In this document: positions 25,817 through 38,819 of the stretch, in pieces
Position numbering within the stretch: the stretch's first letter is position 1
How the letters are laid out: every line of letters begins with the position of its first letter
Assembly (NCBI GenBank): GCA_027604505.1
Contig: JADIIX010000096.1
Span: forward strand, 1-64,000
DNA: 64,000 nt
Direction: 5' to 3'
Source of the DNA: Gonapodya sp. JEL0774
Taxonomy: Eukaryota
The notes under the pieces: generated by a model
The model's input: the letters and a program-made list of their open reading frames with translations, nothing else
The model's database searches: none
Told to the model about the DNA's origin: nothing
Program-made: the position numbers and the translations under genes

Positions 25817-28541
25817 ATGGGAGGAGCGTGCTGCAAGGAGGAGTTGATCGACTTCTCTCAAGAAGGTGATTCGGAGACGTAGCAGTACCCACAAAGATAT
25901 CCGGCTGATGCAATCCGTGTGTCGCTCACGTTCTTGAACGGATCTTGCTCAGTCGAGCTCAATCACTTTCACCTCCTGAGGGTCGTAGGCAAGGGAGCCT
26001 TCGGCAAGGTGAGCGTAACTTCTTGTGGATCTGGTGCTACTGCTGGATGCAGCGATGTGATTAGGAATGTCGTGTAAGTGGTACTGGTGCGATGTAACAG
26101 ATTGACTGCGACGCTGATTGTGGATTCTCTGCCAGAGCACAGGACCAAAGACGCATAAATGAGAAGGAACACTGCCTTTTTGGGCAGACGATTGAAGATC
26201 ACATGGATGGATGGGACTGTCTACTCACCCGCTTTCATCTTCCATCAGGTCCGCATTGTCCAGCATAAACAAAACAAGGAAATATGGGCCCTAAAGTACA
26301 TTAACAAGGAGCAGTGTATTGCTATGAAGGCTATCGACAACATAATCCAGGAGCGGAAAATGTTGGAGGAGATTAACCACCCGTTCATTTGGTAAGCCTA
26401 GGATTGAGCCATCTTATCACGCATAAACTATTGCGATGGATAGCCTTTTGATGGGTGCATGGCAATCCCATCAATTTATGAGAGTGGCTGTTCTCCATTA
26501 ACGCTCAAATGCCCCGCACTCCCATCAGCAACCTTCGGTATGCCTTCCAGGATGACGAAAATCTATTCATGGTCATTGACCTCATGCTTGGCGGTGATAT
26601 GCGGTTTCATTTGGAACGTGTTGGACGTTTCTCCGAGGATGCGGTGCGCCTGTACATGGCGGAGTGCGCGCTGGCTCTGAGTTATTTGCACAAAGAGAAA
26701 AGGATAGTACATAGAGATTTGAAACCCGATAATAGTGAGTTTGGGAGGATGGGGGACCCAGAGAGCGAAACAACTGAAGGTTCCGACTCCTGATCACACA
26801 CCAGTCCTTCTCGACGTCGGCGGTCACGCCCATCTGACAGATTTCAATATCGCCGTAAAGCTTCGTGATGACCGGCCCCTAACTGCGGTTGCGGGCTCCA
26901 TGGCCTACATGGCACCAGAAATCTTCGTTGCTTCAGCGGAGAGGGAGAAAGAAAGGGAGAAGGAACGACAAAAGAGAAAGGAGAAGGAAAGACTGGAGAA
27001 GGAGATGAAGGGAGAGACAGTGGAAGGGGATGTGGAAAACAAGGCAGCAGACGCGGATGGGAAGCTCGACAAAGAAGGCGGTGGAAATGCGAGCACCGAC
27101 GCAATGAAGGCGAAACCCGAGAAGGAAAAGGAAACTTCAACTGGTACGCCAAATGAAAAGCGAACCACAGGATACAATGAATCGGTAGACTGGTGGAGTT
27201 TGGGAGTGGTGATGTACGAGCTGTTGTTTGAGAAGGTGAGTTTTGTTCACAATGTGTTCAATTATTCGTTGCGAATATCGTTCGGGTAGCCTAATCTTTC
27301 TTGAATCGCAGCGGCCATTTCACGGCAAAACCAATGAGTTGCTCCAAAAGGCTATCATGCACGACGCACTTGAAATGCCGCCAGAGGCGAGCAAGTTGTC
27401 TGCTCAGTGTGTTGATTGCATGAAGGGGGTGGGTTGCAGCAGTACTGGGCCATTAGAGTTTTTTAAACTGAACCAATCCCATGTGCAACTCAGTTTCTCA
27501 CCCGAGACATCAGCCAAAGACTCGGATGCAAAGAAGCAGGTGGGATCGAGGCACTAAAGCAGCACCCGTTCTTTGCTGGATTGGATTGGGGCAAAGTCTT
27601 TAAAAAAGAAATTACGCCCGCTTTTGTTCCGGATGTGAGTTTGCTCCCCCGAAGGTGATTGACCCCATCACTGGCGTGTACTAACAAGCTGCACAAATGA
27701 AAAGCCCAACTCCTGTAACTTTGATGCCTCTCACGAGCTCGAAGAGTTGCTCCTTGAGGATAACCCCCTTCGTGCCAAACCTCGCAAGCACAAGCCACCC
27801 ACTATCAGCGCGGCAACTGCACCGGCCGATATGGCAGATGCTGCTGCCAAAAATCCACAACTCATGGCTCAAGTGCACATTACGACGCAGGCTAGTATCG
27901 CCCCAGGTGGTCAGCCGACGGACTACGGGTTGTCGAAAGAGATGATGGAAATGGAGATGAAGTTCACGGTATTCGACTATAAGAATGCAAAAATTCCGCA
28001 AACTGCTATGCCACCATCAATATCCGTGAGTTCAAAAATTTGTTTTCGTGCATGATTTGAGCAGGATTTCCATTCGATACGTTCTTCTCAGGCCCCAAGT
28101 GTGCCCCAATCCCACAGCATGTCCTCCTTAAATGAGCCCGGAGGAAACGCACGGACCCCTATGGCGGATGCCGGTGTGAAATCACCGTCTCCGGTTCGAA
28201 TAGGTCTGGAACAGTCCTCTGACCCGAGCGGGGGCGACTCGACCGCCTCGCAATCTACGAACAAAGCTGAGGGCGGTGCCGCAGGTAGCCCGGGAATGAG
28301 CGGAGTACCTCAATCTGGCCCAAATTCTATCACTAACTTCTTTGGTTCTATTCGCCGCCGACGGTCATCGAAGGGAGGGGACAAGCCGGCACCTCTCCTC
28401 AAGGCCCCAACCGTAGTTGTGTCATCGGACTCGAAGGGAGATCTTGTTGTCGGTGTCGGTGAGACAGGTGGAGTGCCCGTCATCCAGGGCAGTGTTGGGG
28501 GAGGCTCAAATGCCCGGCAGGGAGCGACTGAAGCGATGTAG
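25817..28541 (+). CDS. AGC-group Ser/Thr kinase, YANK/STK32 family
   Basis: MGGACCK N-terminus; VGKGAFGKV; ALKYINK; NLRYAFQDDENLFMVIDLMLGGDMRFHL; HRDLKPDN; TDFNIA (DFN instead of DFG is typical of YANK); NFDASHELEELLLEDNPL. Confidence 0.92.
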
Positions 28542-28748
28542 GAAGGTTTCCCTATAGATGCCTTGTAAATCGTCGTAACAATTAAATTGCAGCAAGGTCA
28601 GAGTACAACTGTTGCAGGTCAAGAATTTATCGAAATGTCAATGGACACGTCGACGGTGAGGGATGTGCACACTCTGCCTTGGCCATGGCACAATGACTCC
28701 TGGCTCCCCATCTTCCTTCGTGTCCCCACCACCCCCTCGATCATTGTA

Positions 28749-29794
28749 ATGAACTATTTACCATCCGATCGCACTCTTTCCGCAGTCCAAGCAGCAACAG
28801 GCGGCGTGTATGGGCTGTTTCTGTTTCCACACCTGTTGGATGTTGTATTCGTGAACTTTTCGGTGGCTACCGCCAACGATGTGATGGAAATGCTCAGAGT
28901 GATATACAGAGGTGAGGATGCATTCTTTTTTTGTCGACGACCGCTGGAGAAGGTCATCACAACTCCCTTAAAGAACCTGCATTTGAGGCGATCGTCATCG
29001 GAGTCGCACCACTCATCCACATTACTGCGGGGTCCGTAAAAGCCTATCGCCGCAGCATTCGATCGGCAAAACAGTCATCGGCCGTGGACGCGCAGGACTT
29101 AGCGGAGAAGGGCTTGGCGGGGCCTGGGGTCGCTGCGCTGAACATCGATTCGGCGCAGAACGAAGTCGGAAGTGTATCATTGGCAGACGAAAAGACATGG
29201 ATGCGAAACGCAGGGTGGTTGCTTGTTATGGCAAAGACAGCGCATTTTCTCACGATTCGGTGGGTTGTGTCCCTCTCCCACACTGCCCAGAATTCAAGTC
29301 AATCTAAGGCGCTTTGTCCGTCTGGCCCAGTTATCTCCCGATGGTGTATTGGAAATCGGAAGGGACGGACCTCATATCTTACTCTTATGTGGCTCTCGCC
29401 ATGTCGCGGTATCAGCTCGCCACTGTCGGATCCTTGGGGCTTGGTAATTTGAACTGTTGGCCATGGGTATCATTTCTGGGCTAATTGACATTTTAATTAT
29501 CATCCTTTCGTGGTGTTTTCAGGACTTGCAGGCATGTACCACGCCATTTCTGGCGTGCGCATCACATACCGCACTTTTCTCTCGAACAAACAAACCTCCA
29601 AGCCCCCTTCTCACAATTATCTTGCGGCAGCTACATCACACACACCACCTCTGACTGTTACGCACGCGGTGGGGCTGCTGAGCGTGACGGCGGCGGTGGC
29701 GATTCTTGCGGGTTTGTTTGGTGACGTGTACGTGAGTAGTAGGAAGGAGTTGGACAATTTGTTGGAGTGGACAGTTGGGGGAATGTGGTTGTGA
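28749..29794 (+). CDS. Multi-pass membrane protein, Mcp1/DUF1691-like
   Basis: Spliced model gives FLFPHL...MLRVIYREPAFEAIVIGVAPLIHITAG...RNAGWLL...AHFLTIRYLP...ISYSYV...AGMYHAISG and a final TM helix; resembles fungal Mcp1. The start codon is uncertain (in-frame ATGs upstream). Confidence 0.6.
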
Positions 29795-29895
29795 GGAAGT
29801 AGGGATACTACAACTGTGTTAATCCATCGCGTAATGAAATCTTGTGTTCATCTTTCAGCAAACAACGAAATTATCTAGTCATAGAGTCATATCGT

Positions 29896-30911
29896 TCACA
29901 TTACACCTTTTTTCGCACTCAATCGTGCTGTTCCTGCTTCACGACGACTCCAGCGCCCAGACCTCGCAATCTCGTCAGCCCAGGAACTGTTGTAATCAAA
30001 AGTAGGTTCACGACCAAATGCAGCGATGGCAGTTTCGAGGCAAATGTCAGCTAAATGGGTCCAGGGTGAGGTTCGCATGAAGAGGAGTAGGTGAGGGGCA
30101 GGTGCAGTAAATTTGAAAACTCACCCGTCATCCAGTTAACAACGTCTTCCTTTAGCATTCCGATGCCTGTGGTGTCCGCTGGGGACGTATGATGTTCATT
30201 CCCTTCCCATCTCACATCCACATTGAATGTGTGAACGAGCCTCCCCTTCCACCAGCTCTGCCACACGCTGTGCTTCCCTTCCTGTGGCTCTAGAAAAGTC
30301 CGTAATGGTACCCGCACAACTGCTTGTACCTCGTCGGGGCTCGCAAGAGGGCGGAAAGACGGATGGACGAGTCCCACAACAGGAGTCACCATGAGATCAT
30401 CGCGTGCAAGGTGAAGGGGGAGTGTACACAGATGCTCCACTAGGTGTCGCGACAGAGATATTTCTTCCTCCGCTTCACGGAGTGCTGTGGAGATGAGATT
30501 CTCATCCGAATCATCAAGTTTGCCTTTCTTTAGAAAAGATATGGTTTGTAAACGGAACCAATCGAGTGCAAACTTGGAGCACAACTACGAACCACCGGGT
30601 AAGACCAACGCTCCGCCGTGGAAGCTCATTTTCGCGCTCCTTTTTGTCAAGATGATTTGAAACTCATCAACTCCCTGGCTGTCGGAGCCTACGCATAGAG
30701 GTACCAGTACAGCGCTCCTCCCCGGTTGATGAACTTCAAAGGGGTCGTGCGCATGCCCGAACTGACGAAGCCTTGTGAGGAGCGGTGTGAGATGCGGAGC
30801 GACGAGGGACGATGGAGGTGGAATGGGACTCGATTGTCCTACCGACGCATGCGGAGTGCTTGCATGCGATCGTGTGAGAATCTTTGAATGCATTTCACGC
30901 GTGGGATCCAT
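29896..30911 (-). CDS. Nudix CoA diphosphatase (PCD1/NUDT7-like)
   Basis: SAVLVPL; NuCoA motif ILTKRSAKMSFHGGALVLPGG; Nudix box GKLDDSDENLISTALREAEEEI; VTPVVG; SPDEVQAVVRVPL. Confidence 0.88.
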
Positions 30912-31195
30912 CAAAGCAGTGGCGATTCTGGTGGATTTGCGACTAATTGATTCCAAGTGCGATATGTCCTTCCGACACGCGGAGTCCGCCACCGGTGGTA
31001 AGAGCCACTTAAGGAATAAAATCGACGCAATCCTGAAACGAGTGGCGTCTTCCTTTCTGAATCTTCTTTTCCCGTTGGCCACAACGCGGATGCCGGTGTC
31101 GGTCGTCGGATTATGAATCGCATGCCCTCACCGATCACGGCAAAATCGGCCGGCTCACTCATCCGAAAGGAACACAGAAACACAATCCAGAGGAC

Positions 31196-32794
31196 ATGCC
31201 ATTCAAACGCATTGCGATCGCGGGTGCTTCTCAATCTCCCAACGGGCATTCAACAGGCTATGCCATCGCCAAGCGCGCGCTGTTGGAACTCAAGGAGCGT
31301 GATGGTTTTGAAACAGTAGTGATCCTTGGACGAAAGAAGACGGTTCGTTCTGGTGGCGTTTTTTTTTTGACATGATATGAGGGATAAGCTCTACGGCTCT
31401 TGTATATGTCGTCCTCGATTCGGATGCTACGGACGGAATCTTCTTCGTTGGACTTATATTCGCGTTGCTCGGAACTTCCATCATATCCGTAACTGACAGT
31501 TTGATTTCATTTCTTTCAAAACCGTAGTCGGCAGATAAGCAAGCATCTGTTGACTTACTCGTTCAAATGGGGGCCGAATATCTTCCCATTGAGTATGCGG
31601 ACATTGAGGGCACTGCCCGCGCTCTAAAAGAACGTCGCATTGACTGTGTCATATCGTGTCTGTCTGTTGCTGGTAAGGTCATTGTTACTCAAAAGCTGAA
31701 CTCATCTTCTGTGAGATGACGACATGTTCACGAAATATCGGAAGATCCACAAGCAATTGGCGTGGCTGAGGTAAACCTCGTAAAAGCCGCCGCAGAAGGA
31801 GGTGTAAAACGCTTCTTCCCTAGCCAGTGGGTTTGCCGAGAGTGTCTTACACCAGGCTTCCTCTGTGTCGAACATTTGTGTCCTTGTCGTTTACAGGTAC
31901 GGACCCGACGACGATAATCTCCCTCGTGAGCGCGTCTGGCGTATATCTGAGCGAAAAGCCAATGTAGCTAAGTTGGTGGAGAATCTCGGCATGGAAGTAA
32001 CCAAGGTATGCTGAGTTTTGTAAACGAATTAACCGCACTCAAGGACTGACTGCACCCTTCATTTCGAATTTGAAGGTCGTCACGGGAATATATTATGAGG
32101 CATTGTTCACGGACAATGGCGTTTTTCACTGGCAAGATGACGGAGTGTCTGCCCCAAAGGGCATCATTTGCGGCGAGGAAGGGCGCGGAACAGTCATGGC
32201 AATGGCTCTGGAGGATGTGGGTTGGCTCTCACACTTTCTCCGGCACATAAAGCCGTACTTCATTGTCGTTTCGTGCCTTGGACTTAAACAGATTGCAAAC
32301 TACGTCGTTGCCATGCTCAAGGCCCAAGACACCTCCCTTACCGCAAACCGCGCCGTCCGACTTAGTACTGAGACATTCCGGACAGGAGAAGAGTTTCGGA
32401 TATTTGAGGAGGTGACAGGTGCGTAGTCAAGCATGTTTTCTATTTGTATTCCGACCCGCCTGATCTCAACTGGCGACTTGAAGGCCGCACAGTGGAACGG
32501 GTACGTTACCCTTTGGGACATCCTATCAAGGATCGAGGGAAGTTCCCCCAATATCCTCGCCTGGTGGCTTGTGACCATGTGAGCTCCACTTCTTCGTGGC
32601 GAGTCTTTCTTCTAATCTTGTTAATTGTTATATTGACTTGAAACTAGTACTACATAAACCCAAAACTCCTCGACAATCACCTCTTCCCCGAGGTAAAGCC
32701 TTTGACTTTGCGACAGTGGCTACGGAAAGTAGTGGAGGAGACGGGCACGGGCAGCTTAACATTCCCCGCAGGTAGTTCGAGGGCTAGGATGTAA
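31196..32794 (+). CDS. NmrA/isoflavone-reductase-like atypical SDR, C-terminal ARM
   Basis: MPFKRIAIAGAS; IDCVISCL; VNLVKAAAEGGVKRFFPSQW; VVTGIYYE; FPEVKPLTLRQWL; ends ...SSRARM*. Confidence 0.8.
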
Positions 32795-33050
32795 TGTTAC
32801 CTACACATGTTTGTTGTCCAATACTCAATCATGAGAATGCTTGGAACTTTAGGCGCGTTTACTGTAAGATCTCTATCCAAGATCCCAAGTGTGAGATCGC
32901 TACTGTACTGTACTGTAAGATCTCTTGTTCAGGTAAGTTCAATGTTGGGTCAACAAACCTTGTAGGATGACGTGGATGCTGATTCGGTGGAAGCAAACTG
33001 CGGCACATATGACCTCATTAACCTACTGAATTGCAACAAGAATCCAGGAC

Positions 33051-34619
33051 ATGACGTCCCGAGCGGCCTACCCCGCCAAAATGGCTGCCGAGGCTGATCT
33101 CATGCGCGCTCGTATTCGCAACTACACCACTGCAACTGCGGTGAACAACGTTCAAACCCAACCGAACACAAACGGTGAAGAGATGCGGCAAGATGTCAAG
33201 AAGTTGCACAATCACCCCCACACGAATGTTGTGCAGTCGATATCCGCGGCGCCTTTTGGCGACGACAAAGCCGCGGGGGCTGGAGCCGGATACGTGGGTA
33301 ACCAGCCTTCCGACATCCACTTTGTGTCGCAGCGTGAATTTGTTTTATTTAGATGGATGCAACGGAGCATAACACTGGCGCTCTTCGTCATCGAAAGTCG
33401 TCCGCTCCGACGGAAGGTGCCGAGATCAACGAAGCCGCCTACAGAAGGAGAGGATCATACCCGTTTAAACCAGTAGTGTGAGGATTCCGTTTCAGTTTGT
33501 TTGGTATCGGAGTTTTCATTTGTTGTCAAGGCACTCACCGTGTTTGCTCTCAAGCTACCCAACACACTGGGACCCAGAATCGATCCAAAGAGTCACTGTA
33601 ACGGATTGGAGTGCCGCGATTGGCAATCCTTCGCCATTTGGTTTGTATTGCTTCTCTGTAACAACGATGATTTTCGGTTTCATCAACATTGGTGGTATGT
33701 GATGCGAGAGATCAGATTTGTTGTAGTAAGGGTTCGTCGTCCTAACCCCCCGTTCTACGCTTCACTTCTCAAATATTTTAGTGGGACCAACTCCGGGATT
33801 CATCATGCTGGGCATGAACTGGGCAATCGTGCATGCTGGTTTGGGACAAGTTCTCGCAGGAGTAAGTTTTTTCACCTCAACAGAGTACAGCTCGAGATAG
33901 TGAAACCTATCATGAATTCTAGATCTATGAGTTAAACAGGGGACAAACGTTTGCTGGAACCACTTTTACGACGTAAGGTTATCTGGGGGTTTGAGGTGCT
34001 CTTTTCACGAATCGCACAACAAATTTGCCGATTAGCTTTGGGCTCTTCTGGCTCGGACTGGGTATGTACTACCTCATGGTTATTCTTGGTGTCATTCCAC
34101 CAGAAGAGACTGTCGTGAGGTGGCCGGTGAGATTTCTCGCATCGTACGACATGGTGTAAAACACACACATCTGACAAGCATGTTCGCAAGTTCTTCATTT
34201 CGTTCATGATGTGAGACCAAAGTCGCTTTAAAACGAACAATCACCGGTTGTGACCTTCATCGGTCCTTTTCGTTCATGAAGCTGGGCGGCAATATCCTTT
34301 TCCATCTTCATAATAACAACCCAGCATTCCATATGCTTGATGCTGATCTTCGGATTCGCGACTTGTTCGTTCGTGTGCACAGCGTTGTCCAACTTTACGC
34401 ATGTGCTCGCCATCATTGGCGGAGGTTTTTCAATCGCGCTGGGAGTCGTAGGTGAGTGGTCGAAAGTCGAAAGGCAACTGCCGAGAAAGCTCGATCAATT
34501 GCGATCAACAAACCCGTGCCTGTGTTCTTTCAACAGGAATTTATACGGGCACCGCTGTACTTGTGGACGAAACTGTCGGTCGGATGATCCTTCCGATAGG
34601 ATTGATGGGGAAGGACTAA
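33051..34619 (+). CDS. GPR1/FUN34/SatP (Ady2/AcpA-type) acetate transporter
   Basis: IGNPSPFGLYCFSVTT (family NPAPLGL motif); multiple TM exons; GGFSIALG; ends ILPIGLMGKD*. Confidence 0.82.
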
Positions 34620-35636
34620 AAGAGAGGTGACACGTTTCCACGACTACTATTTTGAGGACGACGGGAAAGTTGGCATTACTTAACTAGCGATGAGTGTTTG
34701 GAAACATTTCCGATGGGATTTTGCGATGCAGAATAATCTGCACTGCCAGCAGCAAGCCTGACTTCAGCCATTTCCGCCATGAGTTGATCAACCAAAACTG
34801 AGCAGCAGGAGTAGTTAGAATCACAGTGCACGACTGGTGGAGGTTTACTCTCCTCTTTCTGGAATAAATTGGTTGACAAGTTTGTTCAAGGGTTTGAGCC
34901 AGAAGGTGTAAGTAGCGAGTTTCATCCCATAACGCAAATACAATGGGTGATCTAGCAAGAAGGAAATGTTGCTTGTCGACGTTCACCCGCCTTTCTTTCT
35001 CCCCCACGCTATGAAAACTTCTTCGCGACTTCCGTGACCGCTTGGCAAACCCGCTTTTCCGATTATATAAAATTTTATTTATTGAGATATGTGTGTTCAT
35101 TTGCCACCGGGGCGCCGTTGGTTCGGCTGTCACCTTTCGACAAACCCACTCTGTGCCCTCTCAACACCGAGAAATTAATCTAAACAAATAATGGATTTTA
35201 CTAACGGGAGTTTGGCACCACGTACATCAGAAAGATAGGTTGCAGCTTGGCGCGCCGTGGATGTGGGGGGGCTGTGGATGGCAGGTGGATCGGAGCTGAT
35301 CCTTTTTGTGCCCAGACGAATCTTGGCAGGGGGTCAAGGCCAGATGTGATTCACGTGATTTGTAGACACGAGCGCACGAGCAGGATATCTTGAATTCGGA
35401 TTGAAATCACGGAAATTCACGAATTGACAGCGAGAAAATGAGTGGGCGGGCTGCCTATCAGAATTATACTGTCATGCATGTTGAGTACTGTGGACAGCCA
35501 CATGCCGATCAGTCCAAAAGCACCGCCAAGCGTCAGTTTGGCGGAACGAACGCATTCAACTCTTAGAGAAAAAAAAAAATTTGGGCACGATTTACAATCA
35601 CGCACTGCTACAGACGTCGCAGATTGGGCGAATCTC

Positions 35637-38367
35637 ATGTCGGAACTTACACCTCTTCGTGTGGGAGATCCTGAGGCGGAATCAAATCCGGATGCTCATT
35701 CCCATTCACTCGATCAACCACGACACTCTCGACTGGCTTCGTATGAAAACGCAAGTCTGATCGGACATGAGCAGCATGAGCAGACACGACTGTTCCACGG
35801 AAACTCCCACCAGTCTCGAGTGGCGAACGATGAAATAATCGTAAAGCCAAGATATCCGAAAATGTCTTCTCTCAAAGAGGGTGCGTCAAATCGAAGGACG
35901 AATAGAAGTCTTTGGTTGCTCCTGTGTGGTAAGTCTCTCCACTGGTCTTCATACATCAGTGTATTCACCGTGTCCATTACGCAGTCTCGGCCACTCTACT
36001 GGTGGCAAGTCTTGCCCTGGTAGCTGTGTTTCTCTTCCGGCTCCTGCCGAACACTTCCCAGTCTGCTTCTGCAGACGCTGGATTTGGATTTCAGTCTGGA
36101 AATGTGAACTCGAGTCCCACCACAACCAGTTTATCTTCAGCCACTACATCGACCGCCATCACCTCATCACCTAGCCCTCTACCCTTTTCTGGAAGGTGTG
36201 GAAAAGACTTTGGGGGTGCGACGTGTCGTGAGCAAATCGGAAGCTATGTTTGTTATGTCCTCTTCACGAACACTCTTTTTTTTTTGCAGCAACCGGCGTG
36301 AGTAACCTGACTGGTGGCTACACTCCGTGCTGTGGGGCCGACGGATATTGTGGAGACTCTTTCTTTTCTTGCGGGGAGGGATGTCAATCTGGCTGCAACG
36401 CTTTCCTACCAGCAACCGATCTGGCGAATGGGGGAAACTTCGCACTACGTGGAAGAAGTGGTGTCCCCGCAATGCATGTTATACTTATTCCCAACACCAA
36501 CAACGTGATTATGTTGTCAAAACAAGAGGATTTTGTCGAGTCGCTCCTGCCGGACGGCCGTTATGCGGTCAGCACCGAATGGAACTCCCAAACTCTCAGC
36601 TTGGAGTCGCTTGATCTCAAATCCAATCCATTCTGCTCTGGCGTGGGTCAAATGGCTGATGGACGGCTCATCTCGGTAGGGGGAAGCGCACGTGAGTGGT
36701 GTTTTGTTGGACCAGAGTCCGGGACACCAGCGTTTGAATCTCATGAATCCCTTCCGTCCCCTTTCTCACAGAAAACAGTGACACAACCGTTGCAACTGGA
36801 TACAATGGAATCAGGATTCTGACGCGGCCGTGCGATAATGCCACGGTTCTGTGCGACTGGGCAGAGACGGACTTGGTCGGAACCCTCCAGAGACCACGCT
36901 GGTATCCAACTATAGTCAGCCTACCAGACGGTAGGATGGTGAGTGGGAAAAAGTCTTCGTAGGAGGGTACATGCGATTCTGAGTATCTCTCGGTATAGTT
37001 CATAATCGGTGGAATAGGCCAGTACGACCAGGGGCTTCAGGTCAACAGACTGACAAACCAACCAAACTACGAGTTCTACCCTCAACAGCCAGCGGGTGTT
37101 TTTACACTGGACCTCCTGACCGCGCCGAACGTTGTCCCCTTCCAGTTGTATCCCCACGTACATGTCCTGCGGAGCGGAAACTTATTCATAATGGCCGGCG
37201 TTAGCAGCATCATTCTTAACCCTTTGACAAACAACGTGGTGAAAAATTTGCCAGATCTTGAAGGTTGGTCTTTTATTTGCTTTGAATGAAGTGTGAGGTA
37301 GTAATGTTCACTGATTGTCACCGGTTACTCTGTCCAGGAATTAACCCACGCACGTATCCCGGTGTTGGTGCTGTCACTCTCCTTCCAATCTCTTTTTCCG
37401 ACAACTATACTTCACATATTTTGGTGTGCGGTGGTGGTCACCCTGATTTGTGGATCGAACAGAACGCAACCGACACGTGTGGAATAAGTAGGTTCAACAA
37501 AGTGAGAAGCCTCTGAGTTGCTTGACACGATGTAACCCGATTTCCGCAGTTACTCCAGAAATCTCGAAGCCGATCTGGGACTTGTCTGAGACCCTCCCCC
37601 AGAACCGAGTTATGGTGCATCCCACCCTCTTACCGGACGGTTCGATCCTTTTCATCAACGGTGCGAGGCAAGGTCACCAAGGCTGGGAAGTCGCGAAGAA
37701 TCCCGTCTTTGCTCCAGATTTATTTATTCCTGGTGCCCCAAAGGGCAAGCGATGGTACACCCTTCAGGCATCAAATATTGCCCGAATGTGTACGTTTGCA
37801 ACGATGAGAACTTTTTCAGTGCTGCCAAAGATTCATTTCTCGGTGTACCTTTGGTAGATCATTCTATCTCCCAGTTGATGCCCGACGCAACTGTACTCGT
37901 CACGGGGTCCAATCCGCATGATAAACCAAATCTTACGAACATTTATCCAACGGAATATCGAAACGAAATATTCACGCCACCTTACTTGCTCAATGGAAAG
38001 GCAAGACCAGTGCTCACCGGATTTCCCTCTGCAGTGAAACCAGGGGAAGCCTTCACCGTGTCAGGAACGTTTGATGCAACGAAGGCACTTCAAGCATCGT
38101 TTTTCTTCCCTGGTGGCGTCACTCACGCTCTCCATATGAGCACAAGACTCGTCTTTGTGAGTATCGATGTGTTCGCTGTGGACGCAGACATCTTCTTGAC
38201 AAGGAGCTGCATTGAATTAGGCTCCAATCACGATATCGTCCACGACAACTTTACAAATCACAACACCGCCAGATAACAATGTCATTCCACCTGGATTCTA
38301 TATTGTCTACATTATCAATGATGGCGTTCCGAGCATTGGACAGTGGTTGCAAATCAAGCAGTCGTGA
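35637..38367 (+). CDS. Copper radical (glyoxal) oxidase AA5 with N-terminal TM anchor, Ser/Thr linker and hevein/CBM18 domain
   Basis: TM VSATLLVASLALVAVFLF; GRCGKDFGGATC...CCGADGYCGDSFFSCGEGCQSGC; catalytic motifs NPFCSG, RWYPT, LYPHV, RTYPGVG, RMYHS (split by an intron), GSNPH, VTHALHM. Confidence 0.9.
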
Positions 38368-38819
38368 CACAATCATTACCTTTTTGTATTATACGCAACA
38401 ATCTTATATTCACGATAATTTATCACAGCCACTATTTTCGAGATGATGAAGAGTCATTCACGTAGACGAGACCAGTAATGCGAAGAATTCCAGAAGACAC
38501 GGCTTTTCACCATTTCCATCGAATGACGGATCTCAGCGGTTCCATTCTTGACCGATTGACCTGCCGACCACGTCAGTCATCAGAGCTTCAATAGACATTT
38601 CTGACTACGCAACAGCTATGAGTTGAGTCGACGAAATTATCATGTACTCGAGCATCACATTCGCTCGGTAATTCCCACGTCCTTAGTAGTATTTCAAACG
38701 TGTTCGTACCAAAACGAACCAACTAGATTAGTTCTTCCAACGGAAAATTTGATGGATTGTGCAATATTCTGTAGCTGTTCAGGATATTTGTTCACAGAGA
38801 CGGAACTGGGTACGCATGA

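Noticed and set aside
32860..32925. Short direct repeat TACTGTAAGATCTCT with TACTG iterations
   Set aside because: Two copies only; looks like local slippage, not a CRISPR array or an element.
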